From Octopus sinensis (Eukaryota): a stretch of DNA of 64,000 bases. The notes beneath the pieces were generated by a model. It had not been told where the DNA came from and did not search any database. It was given only the letters and a program-made list of their open reading frames with translations. Every line of letters begins with the position of its first letter. Position 1 is the stretch's first letter. Where the stretch lies: positions 34,286,001-34,350,000 of the forward strand of contig NC_043010.1 in assembly GCF_006345805.1 (NCBI RefSeq), written 5' to 3'. Positions 62,609-64,000 of this stretch are shown here, in pieces. A program made the translations under genes and the position numbers.

Positions 62609-62651
62609 CTTCAGCTGTAAACCGGCTTGTAACATCATCCTCGATGATGGC
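62609..62651 (-). CDS. GPAT3/GPAT4: GPAT3/4 most 5' exon in the window, AIIEDDVTSRFTAE(E), 43 bp
   Basis: Acceptor atcag; donor G|GTAGGT; aligns with TIMDDEVTKRFSAEE. No upstream exon recognised before 64000. Confidence 0.92.
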
Positions 62652-62720
62652 CTGATGGAGAATGTAAAAATTGAAATTAGCCATTTTATGTGACTTTGTT
62701 AACACATCTATATAACATGT

Positions 62721-62723
<3 letters not shown>

Positions 62724-62761
<38 letters not shown>
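62724..62761. repeat. (GA)n microsatellite about 70 bp upstream of a GPAT acceptor
   Basis: Directly visible; reads (CT)n on the transcribed strand. Confidence 0.9.
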
Positions 62762-62764
<3 letters not shown>

Positions 62765-64000
62765 TGTGCATTCACAGATATATGTAATTGCTGTTTATGT
62801 CACGCATAAATAAACCTCTAACAAACTCAATACAGTTCCAGCACAAGGTTCTATGGGATGCTTTTATACATTTTGTACCACACAGATGAAACAAAAACGA
62901 AACTCATCTCTACTTCTTCTCACCCTTAATGCATTCAATCTCCCCTCCTCAACTCCTTACACAGCACTAACCCTTAAATTAAGCTCAGTCCCTTCTTTTC
63001 CAAAACATCATCCCAACACATATCTATGCCAGTAACTTTTAAACAATATCTTTTTCATATAATTTTAAATAGCATTCGATTGAACACAGGGAAATTGGGA
63101 AATTCACCCTCTTTCTCTCTGATGAGTGGATGCATTACCTAATAATGATTATCAATTTTAGATTCCATTTCTAAAGCTAATACACTCATGAAACGATCGT
63201 GAGATATTATAAACTTATTGACTTTTTAGATAATCATACTTTATATATATATTTATACATCTATCTATTAATGTATTATTTTCGACGTATATCTTCTGTG
63301 ATGATTTTTTGATGTAATATCCTGATCTTGATTTAAGATCTTCCTTTTCCACACCTTATTACAGCCAGTTACATTATACTACTTCAAAATAAGCTTGACA
63401 AGTTTTATGACTATACCCACTATGATTCTGTCATCTCCCTCATGCCCTTTCCTAACAGACACTGCTCTATTGTCTTAGATTTTGATATACAAATATTTGA
63501 TAAACTAGGACTACAAATCATAACTGACCCCAAAAATCAGTGACAAGCTAGAACCCTAACAAGTTTCTCTTTTTCCCTGATGTCTTAGTAGCTTCTAAGC
63601 TGAAGTGAAAACAGCATGGATTTTGTCTGTCTTCCTACCCTCTTAGAGGATTTAAGTAAAATTATACAAATGTGTCTGACTGTTTAAATTAATTTTATTT
63701 ATTTATGCAGCTTGATATAGTTGCGGTCTATTTATTTATTCATGCCTTCAATGCTGGCATAGGTTGGATGATTTGACAGGAGTTGGCCATGTAGAAGACT
63801 ACACCAGCCTTCAGTGTCTGCTTTGGCAGGGTTTTTATGGCAGGATGTCCTTCCTAACACCAACCAATCTGTAGAGTGGACTGAGTGCTTTTTAAACACA
63901 CACAAAATTATAAAGACATAAACATGATTAAAGTCACTGAGATGTTTCTAGTTTAATCTGTCTCAAAACAAGGCAGTATTTCCCCATGGCTAGACATGCT

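Noticed and set aside
63139-63360. Minus-strand protein-like stretches tested as the next upstream GPAT exon
   Set aside because: No match to the expected EFELSDIFYF.RKG segment and stops in all frames; the 5' exons are presumed to be outside the window.

Overview
This is AT-rich, microsatellite- and SINE-saturated eukaryotic genomic DNA. The repeat families look like those of an octopod cephalopod, which is an inference from pattern recognition and not a database result. The one securely identified gene is a minus-strand ER-type glycerol-3-phosphate acyltransferase (GPAT3/GPAT4 family). I reconstructed 12 coding exons between 62651 and the stop at 30284. All splice sites are GT-AG, phases are consistent, and they give 975 nt (324 aa plus stop) with motifs NHTSPID, WFER, IFPEGT and YPVAI. 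Its 5' exons lie beyond the right edge. At the left edge (186-283, minus) is a candidate signal-peptide first exon of a second, unidentified gene. Most of the rest is transposon-derived: a young 5'-truncated CR1-clade LINE and a ~95% identical fragment, a decayed Tx1/L1 LINE, RTE, Gypsy and possibly BEL remnants, hAT and TTAA-type MITEs, Helentron-like pieces, a mariner derivative built from two 5' ends, and dozens of tRNA-derived SINEs, many chained head-to-tail. I found no convincing novel multi-gene system. The most unusual items are the double-5'-end mariner, a minisatellite made from a GPAT splice-acceptor junction, extra GPAT introns, and the orphan signal-peptide exon. Repeat boundaries are approximate unless TIRs or TSDs are quoted.
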